A stretch of DNA of 64,000 bases from the human T2T-CHM13v2.0 reference genome, Homo sapiens (GCF_009914755.1 NC_060930.1), one strand, 5' to 3'. Counted from the stretch's first letter, positions 1-18,150 are shown. A program made the numbers and translations. Notes: a model not told the origin generated them from the sequence alone.

Positions 1-220
1 CCAAATCTCTTGTTGAGCCTCTCTAGTGAATTTTTTATTTTATTTGTTTTTTTTCCTACTATAAAGTTTCTATTTGTTTTTTCTTTAGAATTTCCATCTT
101 TTTATTGATATTCTCTATTTGGTAAAACATGTCTCCCACATTTCTTTAATTCTTTAGGATTACTTTAATTATTCAGTTCCTTGGGTGTTTTCAGCTTTTC
201 AGACATATTTAAAATAGCTT
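1..220 (-). mobile_element. Old L1M (L1MD/L1M4-like) 5'/ORF1-region fragment, left half
   Basis: T-rich antisense L1 signature; ends in 'catatttaaaatagctt', which continues collinearly at 7845 ('aaatagcttatttatag...aagtccaatgtctgagcttcctca'). Confidence 0.65.
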
Positions 221-249
221 TTTTGCTGAAAAGACATTTATTTGATATG

Positions 250-637
250 TGATATGGTTTGGCTTTATGTCCCCACCCAAATTTCATGTGGAATTGTCAT
301 CTCCACGTGTTGAAGGTAGGGCCTGGTGGGAGGTAACTGGATCATGGGGGCATATTTCCCCCATGCTATTCTCATGATAGTGAGTGAGTTCTCATGAGAT
401 CTGATGGTTTAAAAGTGTGTGGTACTTCCCCCACCGCCCCCCTCCTGCCTCCATGTGAAGAAGGTGCTTACTTCCCCTTCGCCTTCTCCCATGATTGTAA
501 GTTTCCTAAGGCCTCCCATTCATGCTACCTGTTAAGCCTGCAGAACCATGAGTTGGTTAAACCTCTGTTCTTCATAAATTACCCAGTCTCATGGTCTCAG
601 GTAGTTGTTTATAGCGGTGTAAGAACAGTCGAATACA
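250..637 (+). mobile_element. MaLR solo LTR, MSTA-like
   Basis: Begins 'tgatatggtttggct...ccccacccaaat' and ends 'gaataca'; degenerate 5-bp TSD atatg/gcatg. Confidence 0.9.
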
Positions 638-1684
638 GCATGTATTTTCCCCAAATAGTAAAATAAACTGACCAGTGGATCAAAATAATTTAACCTAACA
701 AATGAAAAAAAGCTATTTGATTTCTCAATAAGAAAATACGCTGATCAAAATTTTCACCAAGAATCAGTTGAAAATGTTGCCACCTCATTGGCATTATTTT
801 GGCTGCTCACCTAGGTGATTCCACTGACCTAAAAATAAAACATAAAAACAAATAAACAAACAGTCTCTTTCTCCATAAAACATTAAACCACCACCATCAA
901 AAGCTGATTCTATTTATGTCTACATATGAGGGAGCCTAGACTCTTGAAATAGTATAATACCAAGAGAGACCACAGCAATTGCATGGTTGCTGAATCTAAT
1001 TTGTCAAGTATCAGTTCAGTTCAATTCAGTCCAGATCTTGAAGGTGACATGCTTTGTACATCAGGCTCAGCTCTTACCTGTTTAGGTTACTTAATGGAAT
1101 TTTAAGTAATTTTAAACCTACACTGAAAATGAAAAAAATTAATATGCTAGAAATCAGAATGCAAATTATACATTCATTTTAGGATAAAACACAAAACTGG
1201 TAAGACATTTCATGTTTGTGGCAGGTTTGCTTCATGAGGCAATCCATGGTATCCTGAGAGATACATTGTTAACTCTTACCTCTTTTCAGGTGGTGTATGT
1301 GTGTGTGCACACGTGTGTGTGTGGGTGGACAGGCAAGGTGCTCTGGCTTGGGTTTTCTGAAGTCAAATCTAAAGAACAATCAAGACCAAGACAAATGGTG
1401 TCATGGGACAAGGTCCCCAGTGGGAAGTGAGGCTTATGGACAAGAGAACGGAAATAGAATAACAAAAGAAGCTGATTTGGAGAAGCAGGGTGCAGGGCTG
1501 ACAGTACAGGGAGGTATTCTCCCTGTCCTGCTAACTGTAATTGTGTGCTTATCTCTCCCCTGAGTTTTGGCTATTATATTCTGAGTCTGGGTCCATAGGT
1601 AAGGCTGCACACAAAGGTAGGTCTTGAGTTTCACACAAAGAGTTTAGGTATTCCCAGTGTAGATTCTCCTGAGAAGGGAATAAT

Positions 1685-1984
1685 TTTTTTTTTTTTTTTT
1701 TTTTTAGATGGAGTCTTGCTCTGTCACCCAGGCTGGAGTGCAGTGTCATCATCTTGGCTCCCTGCAACCTCTGCCTCTGGAGCTCAAGTGATTCTCCTGC
1801 CTCAGCCTCCTGAGTAGCCGGGATTACAGGCACACGCCACCACACCCAGCTAATTTTTGTATTTTTAGTAGAGACGGGGTTTCACCATGTTGGTCAGGCT
1901 GGTCTCAAACTCCTGACCTCGTGATCCACCCGCCTCAGCCTCCCAAAGTGCTGGGATTACAGGCGTGAGCCATTGCACTCGGCC
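1685..1984 (-). mobile_element. AluS (Sg/Sc-like)
   Basis: Poly-T followed by full antisense Alu; imperfect TSD aagggaataat/aaggataat. Confidence 0.95.
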
Positions 1985-3286
1985 AAGGATAATCTTTTTA
2001 AAACTATTTTAACTTTTATTTTAGGTTCAGGGGCACATTTGCAGATTTGTTATAGAGGTAAACTTGTGACTCAGGGATCGGGTGTACAGATTATTTTATC
2101 AAGCAGGTACTCAGCATAGTACCCAATAGTTTTTTTCTTCTTTTCTTCTTTTTCTTCTAAACCTCTCCCTTCTCCCATCCTCTGCTCTCATGTAGGCCCC
2201 TGTATCTGTTGTTCCCCTCTTTCTCTCCATGTGTTCTCATCATTTAGCTCCCACTTACAAGTGAGAATATGTAGCATTTGGTTTGCTGTTCCTGCATTAG
2301 TTTGCTAAGGATAATGGCTTCCAGTTCCATCCATGTTTCTGCAGAGAACACGATCTCTTTCTTTTTATGGCTGCATAGTATTCCATGGTGTATATATACT
2401 AAATTTTCCTTATCCAGTCTACTGTTGATGGGCTTTTAGGTTTATTCCATGTCTTTGATATTTTGAATAATGTTGCAATAACATACGTGTGCATGTGTCT
2501 TTATGGAAGAAGAATTTATATCCCTTTGGATATATACCCAGTAGTGAGATTGCTGGGTTGAATGGTAATTCTGCTTTTAGTTCTTTGAGGAATCACCACT
2601 CTGCTTTCCATAATGGTTGAACAAATTTACACTCCCACCAGCAATGTGTAAATGTTTCCTTTTCTCTGCAATCTCACCAGCATGTTATTATTATTTTTTT
2701 ACTTTTTAGTAAAAGCCATTCTGACTGACGTGAGATGGTATCTCATCATGGTTTTGATTTGCATTTCTTTAACGATCAGTGATATTGGGCTTTTTTTCAT
2801 ATGCTTGTTGGCCGCATGTGGGTCTTACTTTGAAAAGTGTCTGTTCATGTCCTTTGCCCTCTTTTTAATGAGGTTGTTTGTTTTTTGCTTGTATGTTTGT
2901 TTAAGTTCCTTGAAGATTTTGGATATTAGATATATTGTCAGATGCATAGTTTGCAAATATATTTCCTCATTCTGTAGGTTGCCTGTTTACTCTGTTGATA
3001 GTTTCATATGCTGTGCAGAATCTCTTTAACTTATATAGGTCCCATTTGTCAATTTTTGCTTTTGTTGCAATTGCTTCTGGCATTTTTATCATGAAATCTT
3101 TGCCAGTTCCAATGTCCAAAATTGTATGTCCTACGTTATCTTTCAGAGTTTTTATAGATTTGTTTTACATTTAGGTCTTTAATCCACATTGAGTTGTTTT
3201 TGTATATGGTTTAAAGAATGGGTCCAGTTTCAGTCTTCTGCATATAGTTAGCAAGTTAGCCCAGAACCATTTATTGAATAGGGAGT

Positions 3287-5882
<2,596 letters not shown>

Positions 5883-6043
5883 GTAGTCCTTTCCCCATTG
5901 CTTGTTTCTGTCAGCTTTGTCAAAGATCAGATGGTAGTAGGTGTGTGGCTTTATTTCTGGGCTCTCTATTCTGTTCCATTGGTCTATGTATCTGTTTTTG
6001 TATCATGCTGTTTGGGTTACTGTAGCCTTGTAGTACAGTTTGA

Positions 6044-6383
<340 letters not shown>

Positions 6384-6895
6384 CCAGCTTTGTTATTTCT
6401 GTTTAGGATTTCTTTGGCTATTCAGTCTCTTTTCTGGTTCCATATGAACCTTAGAATACATTTTTCTAGTTCCGTGAAGAATGACATTGGTAGTTTGATA
6501 GGAATAGCATTGAATCCAGAAATTGCTTTGGGCAGTATAGCCATTTTAACAATATTGATTCTTCTTATCCAAGAGCAGGGAAGTTTCTTCCATTTGCTTC
6601 TGTCATCTCTGATTTCTTTGAGCAGTGTTTTTTAGTTCTCTTTATAGAGATCTTTCATCTCTCTCATTAACTGTATTCCTAGACATTTTATTCTTTTTGT
6701 GGCAATTGTGAATAGGATTGTGTTCTTGATTTGGCTCTCAGCTTGGGTGCTGTTACTGTATAGGAATGCTACTGACTTTCATACTTTGATTTTATATCCC
6801 AAAACTTTGCTGAAGTTGCTTATCATTTCAAGGACCTTTGGGGCCGAGACTATGGGGTTTTTTTAGATATAGAATCATGTCATCTGCAAACAGGG

Positions 6896-7267
6896 TGATA
6901 TGGTTTGGCTCTGTGTCCCTACCCAAATCTCACCTTGTAGCTCCCATAACTCCCATGTGTTGTGGAAGGGACCTAGTGGGAGATGATTGAATCATGGGGG
7001 TGGGTATTTCCCATGGTGTCTCGTGATAGCAAATGGGTTTCATGAGATCTGATGGTTTTAAAAACAGGGGTTTCTCTGCACAAGCCTTACCTTTTTGCCT
7101 GCCTCCATTCATGTAAGAAGTGACTTTTCCTCCTTGCCTTATGCCATGATTGTGAGGCCTCCCCAGCCATGTGGAACTGTAAGGCCAATTAAACCTCTTT
7201 ATTTTCTTTTGTAAATTGCCCAGTTTTGGATATGCCTTTATCAGCAGCGTAAAAATGGACTAATGCA
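6896..7267 (+). mobile_element. THE1 solo LTR (THE1C-like)
   Basis: 'tgatatggtttggctctgtg...gactaatgca'; TSD caggg/cagga. Confidence 0.92.
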
Positions 7268-7844
7268 CAGGAATCGTTTGACTCCCTCTCTTCCTATTTA
7301 GATGTCTTTTATTATATTTCTTTAGCTTGCCTGACTGCTCTGGCCAGGACTTCCAATATTATGCATGAGTGGACATCTTTGACTTGTTCTGATTTTCAAG
7401 AGGAATGCTTCCAGCTTTTGCCCATTCAGTACGATGTTGGCTGTGGGTTTGGCATAAATGGCTGTCATTATTTTGAGGTATGTTCCTTTAATACCTAGTT
7501 TATTGAGGATTTTCAATGTAAAGGAATGTTGAATTTTATTGAAATCCTTTTCTGCATTGAGATAATCAGGTGGTTTTTGTCTTTAGTTCTGTCTATGTGA
7601 TGAATCACATTTATCTATTTGCATAGGTCGAACCAACCTTGCATACTGGGGATAAAGCCTACTTGACCATGGTTGATGTGCTGCTGTACTCAGTTTGCTA
7701 ATATTTTGTTGATGTTTGCATCAGTGTTCATCAAGGATATTGTCCTGAAGTTTTCTTGTTTTTGTTGTGTCTCTGTCAGTTTTTGGTATCAGGATGATCC
7801 TGGACCCATAGAATGAGTTGGGGATGAGTCCCTCTTCCTCAATT

Positions 7845-8990
7845 AAATAGCTTATTTATAGATTTTTTTCCAAAAAGTCCAATGTCTGAGCTTCCTCAAT
7901 AACAGTTTCTGTTTATTGCTTTTGTTTCTTATGCATTAGCACGCTATCTTATTTCTTTGCATGTCTCATAACTTTTTGTTTAGAATTGGACATTTTGAAT
8001 TATAAATACGGTAACTCTGGAAATAAGATACTCTCTTCTAACCTAGGTTTGTTGCCACTGCTGCTTATTAAAGCAGTTGTTGTTTGTTTGTTAAGTGACT
8101 TTTCTGAACTAATTCTCCAAAATATTTTTAGAAAATTTAGATTTTTTTTTTCATTCATGGCTACTAAAGTGTGTGTTCCATTAGTTTAGTGGTCAGGTAA
8201 TGATTGGACTGAAATTTCCTTAAACACCTGGAACAAAAGAGTTTCCCAGTGTTTACTAAGGTGCTGTGTGTGTATATTAGGTCACACCTCAACACTCACT
8301 CAGGCAATTTATAAGTCTGCCTTAGCCTTCATTTTCTGTTTCTGTAGTGTGTCAAGAGTAGCCAGAGGTGAGAGCTTAGAACTTTCTCTAGTTTTTTTTT
8401 CTAAGTATGTACACAGCCCTAGGCATGTGTGGCCTTCTAGATTCCCAGAAATGATTAATCTTTATCACCTCAGACAGCAGCAACAAAACATTTGCCTATA
8501 AATTTTTCTTTGACAAATGACCCTTAGATAACAGCTTTAGCATTAGCACTGGTCCAGTTCCATCCAGGTGAAATAAAGACAGACATTTGAGCTTGTCTTC
8601 CAGGTAGTCATCATATACATCAAAACAAGTAAATATAATTGTTTATGAATAAGGTCTATTCTGTTTTATCCAGTATAGAGAATCTAGGCTATAATTTTCA
8701 GAAGAATAGATTACGACTGAGATGGGAAGGGGAAGTGTAGGACTGGGGTATTCTAAAATTCTACAGAGCTTACTGTGCTTACTAAGACTAAGCCATTTTT
8801 CTTGAATAAGCACTCCTCAGGGCTGCTAGCCTTTGGTTAATTTACAGAGTTCTAAAAAAGTTGATTATGACAGTTCTGACCTTTTGTTTGTTTGTTTTTT
8901 TGGAGAAGTGAGCTTTCAAAATTCCTTACTTCACCATTTTCACTGACATCATTATAATCATAGTTATAAAAAGTCTACTTTTGATATCTC
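7845..8990 (-). mobile_element. Old L1M (L1MD/L1M4-like) 5' region, right half
   Basis: Continues the 1-220 fragment; typical antisense motifs such as 'tttctttgcatgtctcataactttttgtttagaattggacatttt'. Confidence 0.6.
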
Positions 8991-8992
8991 CA

Positions 8993-9521
8993 TGTAGCAG
9001 TTAAAAATGGCTATAAATTCTTTGGTGCTCCTCTCATTGAGAGGCGGGGTCTATGTCTTCTTCCCTTCAATCTGGTTTATGCTTAGTATAGCAAAAAAGC
9101 ACATGTAAATGATGCTGTATACTTTTTTAGGTTATGTTATTGGTGGTCTTACACCTTCTGCCTGACTCTTTGGGGATGACTATAATGGGGCAAACCAGTT
9201 ACCACATAAGTTTAACTATACTGAGAGAACAATGGTAGAGAGGCCATACAAAGTTGCTCTTGTTAACAGCCCAAGCTGAGCCACAAGCCAACAGTCAGCA
9301 TCGGTTACCCAGCCATGTAAATAAGCCACCTTGGATGTACAGCCCAGTAAAGTCTGTGGGTGATGCAGCCCTAGCCAACATGTAACTGCAACCATATAAA
9401 AGACCCTAAGTGAAACACCAAAGTTGACCTCTTCCCAAATTCCTGACCCTTAAAATCATGAATATGTTCTATGCCACCAAGTTCTGGTATAATATGCTAT
9501 GTAGCAAAAGTAACTGAAACA
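8993..9521 (+). mobile_element. MLT1 (G/H-like) MaLR LTR
   Basis: Starts 'tgtagcag...aaaaatggctataaattctttgg...ctcctctcattgagagg'; ends 'gtagcaaaagtaactgaaaca'. Confidence 0.75.
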
Positions 9522-9582
9522 CTATGATATCAAGTTCTGGTATAATATGCTATGTAGCAAAAGTAACTGAAACACTATGATA
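9478..9582. repeat. Perfect 52-bp tandem duplication (period 53)
   Basis: caagttctggtataatatgctatgtagcaaaagtaactgaaacactatgata at 9478-9529 and 9531-9582. Confidence 0.95.
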
Positions 9583-10269
9583 ACTAGATCATCAGTGGGC
9601 CTGTTTCTATCATTTGTTTTTTCTCTTGGTTTTCAGTTTGGTCATGTTTGCAATATGCCATGTAATTTTTGTTGAAGGGCAGATATCATACATGAAAAGT
9701 TGTGGGAGCACTGTGTGATGCTATCTTCTTCCAAAAAGTATTTAATGTTGGTGGATTTCCTTGATCCAGCTGATGGCCATCAATTTCTTCTTTGCTCTTA
9801 TTCATATGACCTAGCCCTGTGTTTTTCACCAGGGTCTCACCTCCTTGGCAGGATTACTTTTTTCTCTCTCTCTCTGGAAACCTTGATCCTGCCAAAAGCT
9901 CCTCTTGCCTTTTGAGCCTCTTATCACTTCTTCTGCTTGGTTGCTTGGAAAATCGTCCCACACATGCATAACTTTGGAGTCAACAAAATACTCAAAAGGA
10001 TGCCTCAAGGTAGAAATTGTACACAGTATGTCAGGTTCACATCTGTATATGCTTTTCCTCTGAAATCTTTGTCCTGAAATTCTGATTATCTTGGATCTTC
10101 TTTGATGCTTTCATATAGTTGTCCTTTTTTGTTTTGTTGTATTTTAATCCAGCTTTAACAGGTGTTGTTGGTAGGAGAATTAATTAGATACAAGTTACTG
10201 TGTCATATTTTACATTATGCTGCAGTAGTTTTCTCTAGAGTATGTTAAGTACTCTGTATTTACTTTTCA

Positions 10270-10410
10270 TTTATTATATGTCTCTTCAGTATGGTACTGA
10301 GAGCAAGAACTTAGTTTTGTTTACTCTCTAGTCCCAAAGCCTAGAAATTGGCTAGTGTAAAAAAGATACTCAATAAATATTTCTGAAGGAAGAAATAAAA
10401 GAAGGAAGGA
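10270..10410 (+). mobile_element. L2 3' end fragment
   Basis: 'tgagagcaagaac...gcctagaa...ctcaataaatatttctgaa' resembles the L2 terminus. Confidence 0.55.
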
Positions 10411-13284
10411 AACCAATAGGCTTATTGCTTTTCTAATAATTCTTTCACCCAGGTACACACTTGGGAAACTTTGTTTAAAGACTTTTATTTATCCTCTTCA
10501 ATCAATATATTTTAAGTTTATTCTACTTCCCTACTTTGCAATTCTTATGAGCCAATAAGTTCTAGTTATTCCATATTTTAAATATCTTTCCAATATTCCC
10601 TTCCCTATTTATCCTTGCTACCCTAGATTTGGAGTTTCATTATCTCTCACTTTTTTACTATATACATCTGCTAATTGGTGCCTTACCTCTAGTTTTCTTT
10701 ACTTTCTTTCTATCTCTGTCTTATTTACAGTTTTCAGTATTTTTCCCAAACACAGATTTTATTTTTTTCAGGGGTTTAAAAATGCTTAAAAATGTTAATG
10801 GCTCAACATTGTCTACAAGAATATACACTGAACAATAGAAACACTGGATTTTGTTTGCATGGAATACAAGAAACTTCAAACATACCTTACTGTGAAAGAC
10901 AAGAACTCTTTAATAAACTTTAAAATCATCATAAACTTCATTTTAAAGCACCTAAAACTCCAAGAACATAAGTATGCCACTGTGATTTTATGCATAACTC
11001 TTGATTGACAAAAAATACTCAGAGGAATAATTATTCAATGAATATAAGAATTCAGCTGAAGAAGAAAGTGGGATATAAACATAACAAATAAATGTATTAT
11101 TTTGTTGGTTAATAAGTAAGGCTTGAATTCATATATTGTTTTTAAAAATTCTCAAAAGACATCAAACTGGTAGGACTTCTTATACTTGATAAACTATTGG
11201 AATCAAAAAGATAAAATTATATTATATTCTTGAATACTTACTATGTTTTCCGTGTCAATTACTGCCTAATTCTTCAGGACATAAGTATGTATAAGATACA
11301 ATTTCTCTTTTTCTCTCAAAGGGCACAAGAGTAGTGATTTCACATAAGTGATTAATTGAAGTAAATACACTATTGTGATTATTTTCCATTCCATTTTTTA
11401 ATTTAAAAAGTGCTTATTAAAAATGTGTAAAATGGTTAAGCCATCCAAATGAAGTATTCCTTCATTTGTCATTGGTTTTCATGCTCAATACTCGTGTCTT
11501 TAGCATTTTCTATCTCATTACCCAAACTTATAGGAAACCACAATGTAAATCAAATTTTCCATGGAGACTACACTGGGAAAAAGGCAAGAGAATTTAGGGA
11601 ACCATTGCTTTAAAGGGCAGGGCAAAAGAAAGAGACCAGCAAAAGAGACATCAAAGGAGTCAGATTATTAAAGAAGAGAAAGGAAGGGATTTTTAAGCTT
11701 CCTTACCTACAAAATACAAACAATAACATCTAACTTGAGGAACAAAGAGTTAATGCAAGGGGAGAACTTTTAAAATAATGCTTGATGTTTAGTAAACATT
11801 TATAAATATTGCTGGCTTTGTTTGATTGAAAATAACAATAATTTGGTGCTCAATCAGCTACATCTACAGCTAGACCATAAGCCAACTTCTCTATCACTAA
11901 CAGCAAGTACCTTACATACCTGGTCTTTGAACCATTGCTTATCTTATTTACTTAAATAGGAAAATGAAAGCACAGAGATGATACATAGACTAAACATTTG
12001 AAACTTAAAAGATAATTTGTACACTTATTTTTAAATAAAAAATAATCTAAACAAAGTCTCTTCCTCTTTTTCAAAACATTCTCTTAGTTGTTTAACTTAT
12101 GAGTTACACCGATGCTGTCTACAAATAAGCAATATGAGATTGCAGTGTAAAACCATGGGCCTCAGCTAAATAAATAGTACAAAATGTAAGTAGCAAAGCT
12201 TTGAGGGCTAGGGATGTGCTTCATATCTATTTTCTTTGTGATATTTTGTTTTATGTGAGAAGCTTTGCGGGCTTCATGTTTCACCTAAGGAGTGATGCAG
12301 AATGTCTAATGATACCTGTTAACAATTTTGTCAGGGCTACTGTGATTTATAGACTATTTACGTTAACTGGTATTATGCTGTTGACATATTTAGACACCCA
12401 TTAACATTTTTTTAAAACATTTAAATCAAGTGATTGGAGAAATGCCAAGTGCAAGGTTTCAGGTGGTGAAGGTATTTCAGGAATGACAGCACCAAAGAAA
12501 AAATAATTAGCAAACCCTTCCTCATGAGAGCTAATTTTTACTGGGCCATGTGCAGTCTATTTTTATACAACCAGATGCCCCCTTCAATGTAGTCTTATTT
12601 TTATTTACACAGAAAAGTTATTTATAAAGTTGACAGAGATCCGTCAACTTGTTCTAATTTTGTTGAGAAAAAATTTGCCAGAATCATGTGGTAGCATCTT
12701 TTACCCCGTTTATCTAAGTGTCTCACTTTGTGAGGTGAGTTGGTCTAACATAAAAGTTGGAAATAGCAAGCCCCCGCACAAGCCCATGGGGAAAGAGCTT
12801 TGCTACCCAGTTCCAGATGTTCACATCACCCACTGGCTAATTAGCACTTGAGCAGGTTTTTTCAGTTTGGTACAGAATTTCCAGCTAGTGCAATCAATGA
12901 ACCTTTTCTATAGCTACTTATTTAATAGTATTTTTCTAAATTTCAGATTTTCAATGGACTCTTCCTAACATAGTCAAACAACTCTGACAAAGAATTTCCT
13001 TTAAGCTTTGATGTTTGCATATATTATTTCTAAGAGAGAAAAAGCCCTGTTAATTCACTATAATAGGAAATGGTTTTTATTACAAAGTTATTTTAATGAT
13101 TAGTTATGCCATAATGGCTATATGAACAAAGACAATGGATATATAAAAAGGAACTCAATTCCATAGTAATAAAGAAAATGCAAATTAAAACCAAATGAAA
13201 GAATATTATATAGCTATTATAATAATTAAAATAAAAATAATAGACAACACAAGTCTTAAAGAGGATGTAGAAAAACTGAAACCA

Positions 13285-13626
<342 letters not shown>

Positions 13627-14199
13627 CTAACATAATGCAGACTCTATTAATCCAGAACTCCCCTCCTAAGCATTTACCCAGCAGAACTGTATATGTATTC
13701 TCACCAAAAGGCACATACAAGAATGATCACAGCACTATTACCTTTCATCCTTTTGGGTGATTCTTTCCCTGACTTTGGAAGTTTTCTCACATGCATACTC
13801 TGATCAGTAAGCAGTTAAATGTTCTTGGGGAAATTCTCTGCAAATCTCATTTTCCCTTTACAGTCCTCTTCTCTCCTGTGCTCTGTACTGGTAACTGCAG
13901 ATGCTTTATTCTGCGTGAACTCTCAGCATCATCTCCCTACCCTGGGTAGTCCAGCAGCTCTGTCTTGTTTCCTCCTCTCTATACCATGACTCAGAAATTC
14001 TCTAGGGTAGTAAGCTGGAATAACTATAGATGAACATTATTTGTCTTCCATCTCTCAAGGACCATTTTCCAACACCTTGTAAACTGCTGTTTTATATACT
14101 TTGTCTTTTTTTTTTCTTTTTTTAGGCAGTTGGGTAAATCCATTCCTTGCAAGCTTAGGAACATCAATTTTACCTGAAAGAAAAACTGAAGGCCAATCT

Positions 14200-15150
14200 A
14201 TGGTTCCTCTGGATTAGGTGTTTGCTTGGCAGACATTTTCTCTAAAATCAATAAAGTCAGCCTCTCACTTCAAGAAAAGCAACTGGTAGTACTTGTTGTC
14301 AATGATACGGTTTAAGCTTTTAAGTGAAATTTAGAATTTTAGAAAACATTTATGTGCCACCATTAACTTCACAGTTGTCCAATACATAAATACTTACCTG
14401 ATGAAATCAGTGCTGATCTTACTGCACATGATTTTTGAACATTGCATAATGAAATGTGTCAACATGGGAAGGAAAGGTCTGTATTACTTGCTGCATCACT
14501 ATTTTTCAAATGACCAAAGCATGATGTTACAAAATCATGCATTTGTTACCAAAAAATGCATTGGTAAAAAAATCCATTGTAGGTACAAGATAAAACAATG
14601 GATTTTACTGCAACATCTCACTGAAATTAAGTTTTAAAGAACTAACACTTCTTGAGTTTTGATGTAGCATCAAAGATGGGAATACATAGCTATTTGAAAT
14701 AGCCATTATAATATTCTTCTCTTTTCCAAATACAGGTATATGTGTAGTCAGATTTTCTTTATATTCTTCAATTAAAACAATATGCTGCAAGAGACCGAAT
14801 TTAGAAACTGATATGAGAATCTAGGTATAGTCTATAAAGCCGGACATTAAATAGAATTGTAAAATGTAAATCAATATCAATATTGTTGCTAAATATTTTT
14901 GGGTTTAGAAAGCATAGCATTTGTTAAGAAAAATAAGTTATTTGTGTTAACTAGTATTGGGTTTATTTTTTAATGAATTAAGAATTCTAAATTATTTTTT
15001 AATTTTAATTTGTATTACAGTAAATATGAATGTATATCAGCACATATGAAACATATAAAACACATATCAGCACAGTAAAAGCCTTTTGATCGCCATTGAT
15101 TTTTAAGGAGTGTAAAAGGTTTCTGAGACCAAAAGCGTTGGGAGCTTCTG
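14200..15150 (+). mobile_element. hAT-Charlie DNA transposon (Charlie1-like), 3' portion
   Basis: Decayed transposase-like text ('ttggcagacattttctc...agcctctcacttcaaga') and terminal 'ctgagaccaaaagcgttgggagcttctg'. Confidence 0.75.
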
Positions 15151-15561
15151 CTCTAGAAAACCACGGATAGAATGCTTCCTTTCAACTCCTCTTCATCATT
15201 GTTTTTTCTTTTGAAATTTTCTTGCTAGCATTCTCCTTCCCGTGTCAGTACAGCCCTTCGTTCTTCTTTGGTCTACCCCTCTCTTTTACACCCTGGCTCT
15301 CTTAACAGTTGCCTGCCAGGCGGTTCCTCAGGATTGAGAATTTACCTCCATATCCCATTCTCCAAATCCAGACATCAGCCTCTGATGCTAAAACTATATT
15401 CCTGCAATTGTGGGACTACCCAGATCTCTGTCCTTGCCCTTAACAAATACGTTTCCATCTCCACAAAATCACGCTCTTTTTCTTTACCTGCTGTGTGACC
15501 TGTGTTAACCTGAGCATCTCCAAGGGCCTTTTCAGTTCTGTATTTTTACCATCTGCAGCTA

Positions 15562-15954
<393 letters not shown>

Positions 15955-17359
15955 TTAAATATTTCTGCAGAAGTATTGCCTATTTTTGGTGAATCTCTAG
16001 GAGTAAAATACACTTACCAATAGGGCTGAATGTGTGCACACTGGGTATAGGAAGCTGCTTTGGGATATGGGGAATCTCCTGGTGCTTTGCAAATCAAACT
16101 TTGCAAATCAAACTACTTATGTGAAACTCCATTCTTTCTCTCTTAATTGCAATGACATAAGGCTTTTGTTGAACTTGTTGGTTTTAGGTAATGGGTGATC
16201 AGGACTTCCAAGCTTTTTGTATATTGTAACATGTAACTAAAGGACTGTAATCCTATATTTATTGTTAAAGTTGTTTTCCAAAGTCTCATACCTTTGAAGT
16301 ATTGTTTCTAAAACTTCTGATGCTGTTTACTTGTCCAACAGGCCCACAATCTCTTCCTGTAATTTATCCCAGTGCTCACACATTATGCCCAGAACAGCGT
16401 AATGTCATCTTTAAGTATGATTATCTCTATGAAATTATTTTTAATCAAATTACTTTATTAAAAAATAGTACATGAGATTAATCCCTGAAGTTGGTTAAGA
16501 GAATGGAGGTGGGGGGAAAAAAGATTCTCATCATTTAAAGCTTTCCACTCAGATGATTCCCCATTCCCTGTTGTTTTGAAATTAAATTTTTAAAAAATTC
16601 TCAGAGGTTTTTGAGAGAGCCAGTGTCTGTTGTTGTTGTGTTTTTTTCTAATAGATACACTGTCATGTGGGTTTTTTTAAACCAAAAGAAAAAAAAACCA
16701 AACAAACAAAAAGATAACAAATAAAACCCTCTTGCTGTAACTTGACCCTGGTGTTCCTTAATTGTATTGCAGCTGTGCAAAGATTAGATTAAGGAGAGTA
16801 GAATTTCCTGAGGAAACTATTTCCTTTTTAATTCCCTCACTGTGTCTGCCTCCTCATTTCAGAGTCTGGCAACTTCAGGATAGCAGACCAAAAAGTACTT
16901 AATTCATGAGTGCTTTTTATTAGCATATGGCTTCATAATTATTACCTAAAGACCCAGATTAAAATACTGATAAACCAAGTTCACCCTCATGTGTCACTGT
17001 TGCTTATGCTCTTTTCCTATAAAAAGCTCTGAGAATTATTGCTTTGAGGGAGTATTGTGTTCTCTTAACTTAAAAGTATTTTAAAGTTATTTCATGGTGT
17101 TGTTTTCTTTAACAAATGTATTCTCATTTGAGTGTGTCTAACGCATATATTTAAAATAAGAAGAAAGGAGAAACTAAGCACATCCTATGAGTTTTTCATC
17201 TATTATTCCAGTTGAAGAGAATTACTCCCATCTGTTCTTGACACTTTTGTTGATTCCATTAGTATCTAATAATATGTCTGTAGTATTAAATCAAATTGGT
17301 CTTCTATGAAAGATTTCAAAATTCAGCATGTCACTTCCTTCTTAAGAAGATATTCAGGT

Positions 17360-18150
17360 GCTCCTGTTTTCAATAATATGGTAGATTAGTCACACAGAAT
17401 AATCTTCCCAAGTGCCGGAAGTGGTGGAAGTAACTAAATTGCTGGAAAAAATATTTTAAAATGTGTATAACATCATTCCAAATGCATTCCTGAACTTTCA
17501 TGAAATCAATAAATTTTAAAAGCCCCGCAATATTCTAATGATACCAGGAAACCAGATCAGCAAGCCCCAAAGCTGGTTTTTATCTTGTGGATGACTACCC
17601 ATCTCTAGTTATCTCGAGCTTCCATGGTGGTATGAGGGGTATGGGAGAGGGGAGATAAAAGATAGCATATTCTCAAGATAGTGAACATAATAAAAGATGA
17701 CCCCATAGACACTGGACTCACAGTAAAAGTGAGGATTAGAACTAAACACTCCCAATAAAAGTAAGAATTAGAACTAAACCTTGCTATGCAAAGGGGATAC
17801 TGAAAAAATTTTCGTATTTCACATCAAGTGCCAAGTGGAGAGAAAAATTCTTCTTTGATTTTCTATAATCCCAAACTAGCCCTTGCAGTGGGCTTGAGAT
17901 CTGAATTCACACTACCTGGGTGATTCACACAGACATATATGAAACTTTACACCCATCAATGGCAGAATCCTCTGTTTTTTCAGAACACATGGAACATTCA
18001 TGAAAATTGATCCCATGCCATATCCATAAATTTAACTTCAACACATTGCAACGGATTGGTATATAACTCATCTCCTTTGACCTCGGTGAAATTAAATTGA
18101 ATATTAATAACAAAGAATTACTAGAAAAACTAAATATGTTTGGAAATTGT
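17360..18150 (+). mobile_element. Highly decayed L1ME-like fragments
   Basis: ORF2-like remnant 'acacccatcaatggcagaat...acacatggaacattcatgaaaattga'. Confidence 0.45.
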
